Position numbers and translations under genes: made by a program. A DNA stretch of 59,048 nucleotides from an uncultured Desulfurococcaceae archaeon (lineage in GTDB: Archaea > Thermoproteota > Thermoprotei_A > Sulfolobales > NBVN01): NCBI GenBank assembly GCA_964404265.1, contig CAYOJG010000001.1, positions 59,112 through 118,159 of the forward strand, given 5' to 3'. The notes beneath the pieces were generated by a model that worked only from the letters and a program-made list of their open reading frames with translations, had not been told where the DNA came from and made no database searches. Positions within the stretch are counted from its first letter, which is position 1, and every line of letters begins with the position of its first letter. This document shows positions 25,838 through 35,309 of the stretch, in pieces.

Positions 25838-26729
25838 CCTGCTTAAGAGTGCAGTCCACGCCTACGCAGCAGCACTCCTCATAGAGGCTCTTGCCCCCCG
25901 CAAAATAAGCACAGTCAGCCACATCAAGGGGGTTAAAGACCTAACCATAATTAAGTTCATCTACACATACCCCTACCTACTAAAACACTTCACCGAACTG
26001 GCAGAAAGGGCGCTTAAGGAAGAACCCATCAGAATGGGGGAGTCAGTCAAAGAAACCATCAAACAAATAATACAAGACCCAAAAATACGGACAAACACGG
26101 CGTTAGGCTACCTAATTCTCGCCACCCCCGCTGCCTACGTAGTGTTCAGACACATAGCGGCTGAGGGGAGCCTAGCTAAACCGGTGGAGAAAGTGATTAA
26201 GGAAGGCGGACCGCTGATTAAGGACCAGCTGCAGAAAGAACCCGGCGAAGACCTGTACGAAGGCATAAGGCTTGCGAAACAGAAACACCTAGGCATATAC
26301 TACGGAACAATCCCCGATATAGCTGAGGGGGAGGTCCCTGTAAGCGTGTGGGAGGTCCTGCAGAAATCAAGTTACGACGACCAAGTCAGCAATGAGGTGG
26401 TTAGGAACTACCCCATAACTCTGGAAACATACAGGAAACTGCTTCAATACAGAGAGAGCGAGCTCCTAGAAGGAATTAGGGAAACCCACAAAGAAATACT
26501 CAGCCGCTACCCAGACACCCTGGTAACTAAAACCCACGGCTACCCAACAGCCGCCCTGCTTAAGGCAGTGGCTCAAAAAGAGGTGAACGCTGAGCTGTGG
26601 AGCGAGTGGATAAGGAAAAAAGGGATAAACCCGGGAACAACAAGCGACATCATCGCGGCTGCAGTAGCTCTCGCGGAGGTGGAGAAGGCTGCGTGCAGCA
26701 GTAATTCCGTCAGACATGATCATGACTGA
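25809..26729 (+). CDS. triphosphoribosyl-dephospho-CoA synthase (CitG/MdcB)-like protein
   Basis: 306 aa. The C-terminal NPGTTSDIIAAAVAL resembles the CitG 'NPGTSADL' block. The N-terminal EALAPRKISTVS lies where CitG has TPKPGLVD. Similarity judged from memory. Confidence 0.45.
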   Translation: MSLNTSPVSSLLKSAVHAYAAALLIEALAPRKISTVSHIKGVKDLTIIKFIYTYPYLLKHFTELAERALKEEPIRMGESVKETIKQIIQDPKIRTNTALGYLILATPAAYVVFRHIAAEGSLAKPVEKVIKEGGPLIKDQLQKEPGEDLYEGIRLAKQKHLGIYYGTIPDIAEGEVPVSVWEVLQKSSYDDQVSNEVVRNYPITLETYRKLLQYRESELLEGIRETHKEILSRYPDTLVTKTHGYPTAALLKAVAQKEVNAELWSEWIRKKGINPGTTSDIIAAAVALAEVEKAACSSNSVRHDHD

Positions 26730-27282
26730 GGAGGAGCTGCGGAAACTCCTACGCCTCCTCCTCAACGCAGGCATTGAAGCCGCAATACTTCTCGGATTCC
26801 CGAACATACCCCTCATAAAGCCGCCGGCCGCTGAATCAATGAAAACACTGGTAGTGACAAGCATGCTTAACGACATCCAAGTAACTAAGAAAGGACGTAA
26901 ACATTCAATACTTCTCGACGGGAAGGTCAAGGAAATAAACGAAGTCACTGTAGGAGGGGTGGGGGGTGTAGACCCACACCAAAACATAGACGCCCTAATA
27001 AAGAATAGAGAAAAACCTGAAGTAATCATAAGCTACTTCCCGGCTAAGGGATGTGGGGACTACATCCCCCAACTTGATGTGAGGAAAGGTCTGGGAGAGC
27101 TTAAGGAACTCATCATTCATGTGAAGCCCGCCACCCTAATAACTGGAGGAACAACCAACGAGGAATGCAGAATGCATGAAACCCTAGTACTCACAGTCGC
27201 TAGAAGAAGCTACCTAATAATAGACCTTTTCAGTAATGGGGAGCCTGAAAGCTTCCGATGGTTAAAGCTCCCTAGCCATTAA
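26716..27282 (+). CDS. hypothetical protein
   Basis: 188-aa ORF overlapping the upstream gene by 14 nt (operon-like). No catalytic motif recognised. Confidence 0.45.
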   Translation: MIMTEEELRKLLRLLLNAGIEAAILLGFPNIPLIKPPAAESMKTLVVTSMLNDIQVTKKGRKHSILLDGKVKEINEVTVGGVGGVDPHQNIDALIKNREKPEVIISYFPAKGCGDYIPQLDVRKGLGELKELIIHVKPATLITGGTTNEECRMHETLVLTVARRSYLIIDLFSNGEPESFRWLKLPSH

Positions 27283-27759
27283 CCAAGCGTCCTCGCCGTC
27301 AAGGTAGTAGAACCTGATCCTCCGAACCTTCCTAAAACCTAGCTTCTCATACATACTTATAGCTGCCTCGTTACTGACCCGGACCTCCAGATAAACCTCC
27401 TTAGCCCCGTAGAAGTTCTTAAGCCTATCCATAACCTCAACCATGAGTCTTGTCCCTATACCCCTCCTCCTGAACCCCGGGAGAACCGCGATACTGACGA
27501 TGTGGCCAACCATCTTAGGGAACGAAACCCTAACGAAGCCCAGCCTCCTCTCAACCCTAGACATGACGTAACCGACAATAGATCCCCCCACCTCAGCAAC
27601 AAGGAATGCCTTACCCCAAAGCCTGATGTGGTCCTTCCAGAAATACTCCGGGTAATGCTCCCTCAAAGTAGTCATGTTTATACCTATGACTGCGTCAAGG
27701 TCCTCCTCCCTAGCCTCCCTAATCACGACATCACTTCCCGCACCCATCAGCACACACAT
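27262..27759 (-). CDS. rimI: GNAT N-acetyltransferase (RimI-like)
   Basis: Acetyl-CoA motif RRRGIGTRLM. ATG at 27759 preferred because an AT-rich promoter-like tract lies at about 27770-27800. The ORF-track start at 27930 would add 57 unlikely residues. Confidence 0.7.
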   Translation of the reverse strand: MCVLMGAGSDVVIREAREEDLDAVIGINMTTLREHYPEYFWKDHIRLWGKAFLVAEVGGSIVGYVMSRVERRLGFVRVSFPKMVGHIVSIAVLPGFRRRGIGTRLMVEVMDRLKNFYGAKEVYLEVRVSNEAAISMYEKLGFRKVRRIRFYYLDGEDAWLMAREL

Positions 27760-27803
27760 CTCTTTAATAACAAATAAGGAATTAAAATAAATAGGTAGGC
27801 GGA

Positions 27804-29045
27804 TTGAATGAGCCTTCACATCACCCCGCGAAGGAGATCTGGGGAAGCAAATCAAGGCACCTCGCACACGTAAAGGTTGCCGTAGGGTTATCTGCCTCAG
27901 TAGCAATATACAGAACCGTAGATGTTGCAAGAGAGCTCATACGAAGAGGGGCCACCATATATCCAGTCATGACTGAGGAGGCCGCGGAACTCCTCTCACC
28001 GACACTTATGGAGTGGGCCACAGGCAGCAGAACCTACGTCCGCTTCGCAGGCGAGACAGGACATATAGGGATAGGTGAGGAAGCATCCGGGATGCTGATA
28101 GCGCCGGCGACAGCTAACATCATAGGCAAGCTCGCCTCATCAATAGCGGATAACGCAGTTACTCTTACAGCGCTCGACATCATGGGTAAAGGAAAACCAC
28201 TCATACTTGTTCCCGCAATGCATTCAGGCCTATGGAGTTCGGGCCCCCTACAGGAAGCCATCACAAAGCTTGAGAATTACGGGGCGGTGGTGATACCTCC
28301 GAGAATGGAGGAAGGGAAAGCGAAATACCCCAACACAGAAGACATTGTTGATGCTGTAGATGCGCTATCAACCCGTGGCCAAGACCTCAAAGGACTGAAA
28401 GTAGTGGTAACCGCGGGCCCGACGAGGGAATGGCTGGATCCGGTGAGGTACATAAGTAACCCATCCACCGGCAGGATGGGTATCGCACTCGCCAGAGAGG
28501 CCTACTTCAGAGGTGCTTCAGTAACCCTAATCCATGGACCGACAGCTGAGCCCCTCCCCCACTACATCAAAACAGTAAGGGTCGAGACCGCGGAAGAAAT
28601 GCTTAACGCCGTCCTGCAGGAAGCTAGACAGATGAAGCCTGACGCAGTCATAATGGCAGCAGCTCCCGCAGACTTCAGACCTGAAGAAACCCAAGAAACC
28701 AAGATAGAGTCAGGAAAGGAACTGACGCTGAAACTCATCCCCACACCGAAAATAGCGTCGACGTTAAGGAACGAGTATGAAGGGATAATCATAGGGTTCG
28801 CAGCCGAAACAATACTTAACGATGAGGAAAGGCTCGTAAGCAAGGCCAAGGACAAACTCAGGAAGAGAGGATTCAACGCCATAATAGCTAATGAAGTAAG
28901 TTACGATAAGGTAGGGTTCGCAACCGAACACAGTAAGGCCTACCTAATCACAGAGGAAGGCGAGATTGTGAGAATAGGGAAAGCCTTGAAGATAGTGATC
29001 GCCAGAAAGATCCTTGACTACGTCAAAGAGGAAGCCTCCAGATGA
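27804..29045 (+). CDS. coaBC: bifunctional phosphopantothenoylcysteine decarboxylase / phosphopantothenate-cysteine ligase
   Basis: N-terminal flavoprotein domain (VGLSASVAIYRTVD..., PATANIIGKLA) and CoaB domain (ISNPSTGRMG). Start codon uncertain (TTG at 27804). Confidence 0.85.
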   Translation: MNEPSHHPAKEIWGSKSRHLAHVKVAVGLSASVAIYRTVDVARELIRRGATIYPVMTEEAAELLSPTLMEWATGSRTYVRFAGETGHIGIGEEASGMLIAPATANIIGKLASSIADNAVTLTALDIMGKGKPLILVPAMHSGLWSSGPLQEAITKLENYGAVVIPPRMEEGKAKYPNTEDIVDAVDALSTRGQDLKGLKVVVTAGPTREWLDPVRYISNPSTGRMGIALAREAYFRGASVTLIHGPTAEPLPHYIKTVRVETAEEMLNAVLQEARQMKPDAVIMAAAPADFRPEETQETKIESGKELTLKLIPTPKIASTLRNEYEGIIIGFAAETILNDEERLVSKAKDKLRKRGFNAIIANEVSYDKVGFATEHSKAYLITEEGEIVRIGKALKIVIARKILDYVKEEASR

Positions 29046-29914
29046 GGATTAAGGCACCCCTACACGTAACTGGGTTCTGGATACCCTTCATATATCCGGA
29101 CCCAGTGATAACGGGGTCAATAGGGGCCGGCCTGCTTCTATGCCCGCCAGCAACCATCAAGACAGGTACCCGAATAACTACGGTCAACGGTGTTAAGGCA
29201 GGGGAAAACATAAGGAAAACTATTCAGAGAATACTCAAAACCGAAAACGTTAACGCGGAAGTAAAGAGCCCTGCAGAGCTGGGTGAAGGATTCGGGATGA
29301 GTGCAATCCTCTCCATAGCGCTTGCCGCGGACGGCCTTCAGAGACAATCAACCTGCTGCAGTGAAGAGGAGATAGGGAGGACGGCCCACCTAGCTGAAGT
29401 AATGAACAGAACAGGCCTAGGAGACGTAATATCCATAATGACCGGCGAAGGACTTGTGGTGAGGACCAGGCCTGGTCCTCCAGGAATCGGTGAAACATTC
29501 AGCATCCCCCTCAAAGAAGAATTAAGGATAGTGTCGGTCACCACGGGGGAGATTTACACCCCAAAAATGCTTGAAAGCCTCGCAGGGAAAATAAGAAGGT
29601 TCGGCAGGGAAGCAATGGAGAATTTCCTGCGGAACGAAACCCTTGAAAACTTTCTAGAAACCGCCAGGAAATTCAGCATGAAGACAGGTATGCTTCCCCA
29701 ATACCTCAAGGAACAGTTGAGGAGGCTGCAGCCCTACATAAGGAAAGGGCTTGTTCTAGGGTACTACAGGAAAAAGAATGTCCTCATTATCGTGGCGGAG
29801 AAATCAGGTGCCATGGAAATAGCGGATAATGTTAAGGACCTAGGCAAAACCAGAGTATTTAGGCCCTGCACCCAAGAAAGATTTGAGGTAACACCAAATG
29901 ATAAAAATACCTAA
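29042..29914 (+). CDS. pantoate kinase (archaeal GHMP-family)
   Basis: GHMP motif GEGFGMSAILSIALA. The 4-nt overlap with coaBC and position next to phosphopantothenate synthetase match the archaeal CoA pathway. Confidence 0.6.
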   Translation: MRIKAPLHVTGFWIPFIYPDPVITGSIGAGLLLCPPATIKTGTRITTVNGVKAGENIRKTIQRILKTENVNAEVKSPAELGEGFGMSAILSIALAADGLQRQSTCCSEEEIGRTAHLAEVMNRTGLGDVISIMTGEGLVVRTRPGPPGIGETFSIPLKEELRIVSVTTGEIYTPKMLESLAGKIRRFGREAMENFLRNETLENFLETARKFSMKTGMLPQYLKEQLRRLQPYIRKGLVLGYYRKKNVLIIVAEKSGAMEIADNVKDLGKTRVFRPCTQERFEVTPNDKNT

Positions 29915-30692
29915 GACCCATCCAAGATATGAATCGCTGATGATCAGAGAGAAACTGATTGAAGGATTTCATGAAGGCTACGTCGCTGAGGCCGGCCTGA
30001 TAGCTCACGGCAGGGGAGAATGCTTCGACTACCTCATAGGTGAGGAAACAATCCCGCCGGCCAAGAAAGCCATAAGGGCGGCCGCGGCCGCCATGCTCCT
30101 ATCGAAGCACCCGGTAATTTCCGTGAACGGAAACACAGCGGCGCTTGTCCCTAAAGAAATGGTTGAGCTCGCTAAGGAAGCTAACGCATACCTCGAAGTA
30201 AACCTGTTTTACAGAACCCAAGAAAGAGCGGTGAAAATAAGGAAGGTTCTTCAAAGCCATGGAGCTCCGGAAGTGCTGGGCGTGGACGATGCATCTGTAA
30301 GGATCCCTGAACTGGAAAGCGAGAGAAGGAAGGTAAGCCCTAAAGGCATATGGCCCGCAGACCTAGTTCTCATACCTCTAGAAGATGGTGACAGGGCCGA
30401 AGCCCTCAAAAAACTTGGGAAGAAAATAATTGCGATAGATCTTAACCCTCTGTCAAGAACGTCCCTAGTCGCAGACATAACGATAGTGGATAACGTTGTG
30501 AGGGCGATGAAGAAGCTTGTGGAGGAAGTGAAGACACTGAAGAACGAGAATGAGGAAACCCTTAGAGGTATAGTCGAAGGCTTCAACAACGAAGAAAACC
30601 TGAAAGATGTCCTTAAATGGATAAAGAACCGGCTGGAGGAACTAACACAGAAAAAACTTACCTACTCCCCGACTCCTTCAAAAGACGCTTAA
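29898..30692 (+). CDS. phosphopantothenate synthetase (4-phosphopantoate--beta-alanine ligase)
   Basis: 264 aa. HGRGECFDYLIGEET block as recalled for the archaeal PPS family. Cluster context. Confidence 0.6.
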   Translation: MIKIPKTHPRYESLMIREKLIEGFHEGYVAEAGLIAHGRGECFDYLIGEETIPPAKKAIRAAAAAMLLSKHPVISVNGNTAALVPKEMVELAKEANAYLEVNLFYRTQERAVKIRKVLQSHGAPEVLGVDDASVRIPELESERRKVSPKGIWPADLVLIPLEDGDRAEALKKLGKKIIAIDLNPLSRTSLVADITIVDNVVRAMKKLVEEVKTLKNENEETLRGIVEGFNNEENLKDVLKWIKNRLEELTQKKLTYSPTPSKDA

Positions 30693-31518
30693 ACCTCTCC
30701 AGCTCGGAAGGCTTCATGCCCTGATACTCACTCTCGGATGGAAACTCCCCTGACCTCACATCCCCGACATAACGACTGATAGCCTCAAGAAATGTTCCGT
30801 AACCATCCACATACTTCCTTGCGAAAGGCGGGGGCTCCCTGTTCAGCCCTACTAAGTCATGGAAAACGAGAATCTGGCCATCGCATAAAGGCCCTGCCCC
30901 GATACATATCGTAGGGACAGATAAACGCCTCGTAACCTCCTCAGCAACCTCTGACGCAGTGTTCTCAATAACGACAGAAAAAACACCAGCATCCTCCAAA
31001 GCCTTCGCATCCTCAATAACCGATAAAGCATCCTCAGCCTTCTTCCCCCTAAGCCTATACCCACCTAAAACAAGGTACCTCTGAGGATTTAGACCCACAT
31101 GTCCCATTACCGGGATCCCTGCCTTAACCATTGCCTCAACCTTATCAACAACCTCTACACCGCCCTCAATCTTAACGGCGTCCGCCCCCAGCTTAAGGAA
31201 CCTCCCCGCATTCCTAACAGCCTCCTCCCTACTAACCTCATAACTCAGGAAAGGCATATCAGCCACAACCAAAGCCCTAGGGTGCGCATTAACGACGGCC
31301 CTAACAGAATGCATAACCTCCTCCATACTCACAGGAAGCGTCGATGAATACCCCATAATCACCATGCCCAGCGAATCACCCACAAGGATTCCGTCAACAC
31401 CTGCCTCGTCAGCAACGCGGGCTTGGAAAAATGTGTAGGCCGTAACCATAACGATTTTCCTGCCCTCCCTCTTCATCTTAATGAAGTCCCGAGGGAAAAC
31501 CTTCCCCATAAACCTCAC
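30658..31518 (-). CDS. panB: 3-methyl-2-oxobutanoate hydroxymethyltransferase
   Basis: IVMVTAYT..., VGDSLGMV and VKIEGG blocks; 286 aa. The 3' end overlaps the convergent PPS gene by 35 nt. Confidence 0.85.
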   Translation of the reverse strand: MRFMGKVFPRDFIKMKREGRKIVMVTAYTFFQARVADEAGVDGILVGDSLGMVIMGYSSTLPVSMEEVMHSVRAVVNAHPRALVVADMPFLSYEVSREEAVRNAGRFLKLGADAVKIEGGVEVVDKVEAMVKAGIPVMGHVGLNPQRYLVLGGYRLRGKKAEDALSVIEDAKALEDAGVFSVVIENTASEVAEEVTRRLSVPTICIGAGPLCDGQILVFHDLVGLNREPPPFARKYVDGYGTFLEAISRYVGDVRSGEFPSESEYQGMKPSELERFKRLLKESGSR

Positions 31519-31544
31519 TAAGAATACTAGCCCCCATAAACTAA

Positions 31545-32462
31545 TTAATCATAATGAAATCCCTCAAGCTCCTTAACAAGGTGCCATAGAGACCTATTAA
31601 CAGCTACATCAACACCCACTAAAACACCTCTCGAAACCACAGCGCCGTTAATGAAGTCCACCTCTGTCCTCCTACCTCGCAAAATATCCTGAAGCATGGA
31701 GGAGTAATTGTCCTTAGTGGCTGAAGCAACCCGCCACAATTCCCCTACAGGATCCCGAGGGAAGACAATACCAACGGCCTTCCCAACAGCCTCACACTCC
31801 TTCACAGCCTTCAAAGCCAGATAGTGGGCTGAAGGATTCGTCAAGACAACCCCGTTCCTAGCCCTAAGAAGAGATGTCACAGGGTTTATCGCTGCATTAA
31901 CGCATAGCTTAAGCCACCGAAACTGATCTATCTCCGCAACTACATTCAGAGGCATGAAACTCAGAATCTCCGCAACCTCATCGGCCTTATCAACCGTTGA
32001 AGGACCGAGAAAGCTTTCGCTACACCCCACGAAAACAGCCTTACCTGGCTCGGCCCTATGAACACCGCAATTAAGAACGAGGGCCAAGGCTCTGCCTCCC
32101 CCAACAAAACTTTTCACGGTCTCGAAAGTCCCCAGACCGTTCTGTGTAGCAACAACCACCCCCTCCCGCCTAAGCTTCCTCAAAATGCCGTAAGCAGCAG
32201 GCGGGGCATCGTAGGCCTTAGTAGCTAGAAATACTACCTCAAGCGACCTGTCAGCCAACTCATTAAGCCTGGCAGGCCTCCCTCGAACAATCGTTGCCTC
32301 ACCGCTCTGCAAATCCTTGAGAACGGGGAAAGTGAATTCAGTTGAACGATGAATCAGTACAGGTTCAATACCTACCTTATTAAGGAAGTACGTTAAAAGA
32401 GTTCCTACAGAACCTATACCTAGAACTGCAACCCTTTCCCCGCCATCACTCCATGGAGTCAT
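31545..32462 (-). CDS. panE: 2-dehydropantoate 2-reductase
   Basis: N-terminal VAVLGIGSVGT Rossmann motif. Length of 305 aa and adjacency to panB. Confidence 0.75.
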   Translation of the reverse strand: MTPWSDGGERVAVLGIGSVGTLLTYFLNKVGIEPVLIHRSTEFTFPVLKDLQSGEATIVRGRPARLNELADRSLEVVFLATKAYDAPPAAYGILRKLRREGVVVATQNGLGTFETVKSFVGGGRALALVLNCGVHRAEPGKAVFVGCSESFLGPSTVDKADEVAEILSFMPLNVVAEIDQFRWLKLCVNAAINPVTSLLRARNGVVLTNPSAHYLALKAVKECEAVGKAVGIVFPRDPVGELWRVASATKDNYSSMLQDILRGRRTEVDFINGAVVSRGVLVGVDVAVNRSLWHLVKELEGFHYD

Positions 32463-33123
32463 TTATTCTAGCCTGAGAAAGAATTACTTCAGGCTCCTTA
32501 AATGCATCCTTACGGGAGGCTGACCACTGGGAAAGGGTTTTCAGAGACCTGAGAAGGTAGGAAGCCTTAATCATGAATTCCCTGTACCTGTCCCCGTGCC
32601 TCATGGCGTCCTTAAGAACCTTGGCAATTAAGGGAACATCACGGAAAATTATCTCCCTAATATACTCCTTATCCACCTCAGTGAGTTTCCCGCGCCTGAA
32701 AATCGACTTAACCTTAGAGATTAAACCGTCGATATTCAAGGCAGCTATCTGAATGTCTAAAGCATAAATCTCGGGATCCTCGATAACGTCGCGGGGGCCA
32801 ACGCCCTTATCTATTAATGCCTTCTTAACAGCCTCCACATCCGTGAAGACATACCATTTCTGAGCGACGCTCTTATATGAAGTCTCAATAATTCCGTAAT
32901 CCCTCTCCATAATCCGCAGCAGGTGGCTGGGATTATACTTAATTCCCCACTCGGAAAGCTTCCTCATAATCCCCTTAAAGTCGAAGTGGCCAGGGGTCTT
33001 CTTCCCTGAAGCAAGATACTCTTCCATAACCTCGTAGGCAGCCTTCAAAACGACTTTAGCCCTCTCCCCATACCTCACCAGAACTTCCTCAACAATGGTT
33101 TCAGTCAGCGTAACCAATTCCAA
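32446..33123 (-). CDS. hypothetical protein
   Basis: 225-aa ORF; its stop region overlaps the panE start. No motif recognised. Confidence 0.45.
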   Translation of the reverse strand: MELVTLTETIVEEVLVRYGERAKVVLKAAYEVMEEYLASGKKTPGHFDFKGIMRKLSEWGIKYNPSHLLRIMERDYGIIETSYKSVAQKWYVFTDVEAVKKALIDKGVGPRDVIEDPEIYALDIQIAALNIDGLISKVKSIFRRGKLTEVDKEYIREIIFRDVPLIAKVLKDAMRHGDRYREFMIKASYLLRSLKTLSQWSASRKDAFKEPEVILSQARINDSME

Positions 33124-33300
33124 ACCCGGAGATATAGCGAGGCCGTAATCTAAAAAGAAAACCTCAGCAAAAACAGGTGGTCGTTGAAAAATACCTTATA
33201 TTTCCCCAGTATTACCTAACTGTTAAACTATTACCTGGATCCAACCATAATTTTTAATCATAGGTTATTAACAGGAAGGAAAAACCTATGTGGGGACTAG

Positions 33301-34044
33301 ATGCGTATAGAGTACGCCGTATACCTAGATAAGGTCGTTAAGGACTTCGGGAAGGTTAGGGCGTTAGACGGACTAAGTTTGAGGGTCCGTCCTGGCACTG
33401 TATTCGGGCTCATAGGTCCTAACGGAGCGGGGAAAACAACAACCCTGAGAATTATTTCGACACTGGTCACACCGGACAGCGGAGAGGTATACATCCTGGG
33501 AAGAAAGCTTCCAGAGGAGAAAGATCATGTACGCCCGCAAATAACCTATTTACCTGAGGATGCCGGTATTTATCATCGCCTCACTGGCTGGGAGAACCTA
33601 CTCTTCTATGCAATGATATATTATGGAAAAACGCCTGAAGCTGAGGAGGTCGCTAAGTACGGGGCACAGATAGCCTCACTTCCTGAGAAGGATCTCAACC
33701 GAAAAGCCTCAGAATATAGCAAAGGAATGATTAGGAGGATAGCCATCGCAAGAACGCTAATGCTCAGTCCTCAGCTCGCAATCCTTGATGAACCAACCTC
33801 AGGCCTAGACATATTCTCAGCTTACAGAGTGAGAAAAATGATTAAGGGCTTCGTGAAGGAAACAGGTTCAACAATTATACTTTCTTCACATAACATGCTT
33901 GAAATTGAGGATCTATGTGATGAAGTCGCCCTCATACATAAAGGGAAAATAGTCGCTGAAGGAATGCCTCAGGAACTCCTCAGAAGATACGGTGGAAGAA
34001 ACCTCGAAGAAGTCTTCATAGCTCTCGCAGGTGGTGGCGAATGA
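33301..34044 (+). CDS. ABC transporter ATP-binding protein (ABC-2 type)
   Basis: Walker A GPNGAGKTT, signature YSKGMIRR, Walker B LAILDEPTSGLD. Confidence 0.9.
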   Translation: MRIEYAVYLDKVVKDFGKVRALDGLSLRVRPGTVFGLIGPNGAGKTTTLRIISTLVTPDSGEVYILGRKLPEEKDHVRPQITYLPEDAGIYHRLTGWENLLFYAMIYYGKTPEAEEVAKYGAQIASLPEKDLNRKASEYSKGMIRRIAIARTLMLSPQLAILDEPTSGLDIFSAYRVRKMIKGFVKETGSTIILSSHNMLEIEDLCDEVALIHKGKIVAEGMPQELLRRYGGRNLEEVFIALAGGGE

Positions 34045-35270
34045 ACATCTACCCAGTAATATGGAAGGAACTGAAAGACATGTCTCGTGACATACGTACC
34101 TTAGCAGCAATATCGCTTATGCCGCTACTAATGATGCCTCTCCTAGCACTCTCATCAATCTATGCTCAAGGCCTCCAGCCGGGGACAGTCATAATAATGG
34201 ATGAGGACAGGATAGAAATACAGCTAGGGAATGGAACCATAATATCTTCCGCGAACCTCACAACATGGCTTAAGAACGAATTCGTGAAGACCGGGTATAA
34301 AGTCCTCAACGAGGAAACAGGTGAATTCGACCTAGAAATCAAGATACCTAAAGGCTTCACGAAGAACCTAACACTCTTCAACACCACAGCAGAACTAACG
34401 ATAGTTAAGAATGTAGCATCAAGCAAGTCTCAAAACGCCGAAGGGATCGCCAGGAACGTGATTAATGCATTCTCTCATACTGTCGCTGAGCTTAAAGTGA
34501 AGTACCTCGGCCGCCTAGCTCAAATCTCCATATATCCTCCATCAGTACTGTCACCAATCTCCACATACACAGAACTCGTCAGACCTGGTGGAGAGGAAGC
34601 TACCTATGAAGAAACTGTCCAGATAGCTTTAAGCAAGCTGCTTGCCTTCAGCCTAGTATTCGTCACAACACCCTCCATAGCCTACATAACGGATTCAGTA
34701 GTAGGGGAGAAAGAGAGAAAGACTTTCGAGTCCCTCCTAACCACCCCCCTCTCACGCTCAGCAATAGTCCTAGGTAAGCTTGTCTCGGCCTCATTCATAG
34801 GCCTTGTCACAGGGCTAGCGGATGCTGCAGGACTAATACTATTCTTTATCCTCCCCTCCATAGCTTACGGAGTGAATCTACTCGCATTCTTCACGCCATC
34901 CCTAATACTGGCCCACATAACAGCCGTGTATGTCTCTGTGCTGGCATCCCTTGCACTCATAATGCCTATAGTTATCAGGTCAGGGAGCTACCGAACTGCC
35001 CAAGTATTCTCACTAATAATTATCAGTGCAGCATCAATAGTTTTCTTCATATCCCTATATGTAGACATAAACCAGATAGTTCCGGCAGCGAAGTATGTGC
35101 TATACATACTCCCCTACACACATGCAGTTCAAATGATTAAAGTATCGGTGTTCGGAGATCTAACAAGCTTCCTTCTACACCTCTCTGCCGCGGTAGCAGA
35201 GATACTTATTCTAATAGGTGTAGCGATAAAACTCTTCAATGAAGAGAAAATAATCTATTCCCGCACTTAA
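34041..35270 (+). CDS. ABC-2 type transporter permease
   Basis: 409 aa. One N-terminal TM segment, a large extracytoplasmic loop and a C-terminal multi-TM bundle. 4-nt overlap with the ATPase gene. Confidence 0.7.
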   Translation: MNIYPVIWKELKDMSRDIRTLAAISLMPLLMMPLLALSSIYAQGLQPGTVIIMDEDRIEIQLGNGTIISSANLTTWLKNEFVKTGYKVLNEETGEFDLEIKIPKGFTKNLTLFNTTAELTIVKNVASSKSQNAEGIARNVINAFSHTVAELKVKYLGRLAQISIYPPSVLSPISTYTELVRPGGEEATYEETVQIALSKLLAFSLVFVTTPSIAYITDSVVGEKERKTFESLLTTPLSRSAIVLGKLVSASFIGLVTGLADAAGLILFFILPSIAYGVNLLAFFTPSLILAHITAVYVSVLASLALIMPIVIRSGSYRTAQVFSLIIISAASIVFFISLYVDINQIVPAAKYVLYILPYTHAVQMIKVSVFGDLTSFLLHLSAAVAEILILIGVAIKLFNEEKIIYSRT

Positions 35271-35309
35271 ACTTAAAATAATACTTCTTATTTACCTTTG
35301 GGTCTGGAG

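Noticed and set aside
22560-33200. Whether the compositionally odd region to the right of the tRNA is an integrated virus, plasmid or genomic island that used the tRNA as its att site.
   Set aside because: I found no integrase, no long direct repeat of the tRNA 3' end and no viral or plasmid hallmark genes. The content is core metabolism (CoA pathway, endonuclease IV, RimI). The only repeat of tRNA sequence is the short decayed copy at 20389-20411.
33124-33300. The intergenic region at the far end of the skewed domain was inspected for origin recognition boxes or repeats.
   Set aside because: No ORB-like (GTGGAAA-type) elements, inverted repeats or AT-rich unwinding tract beyond ordinary promoter-like sequence were seen.
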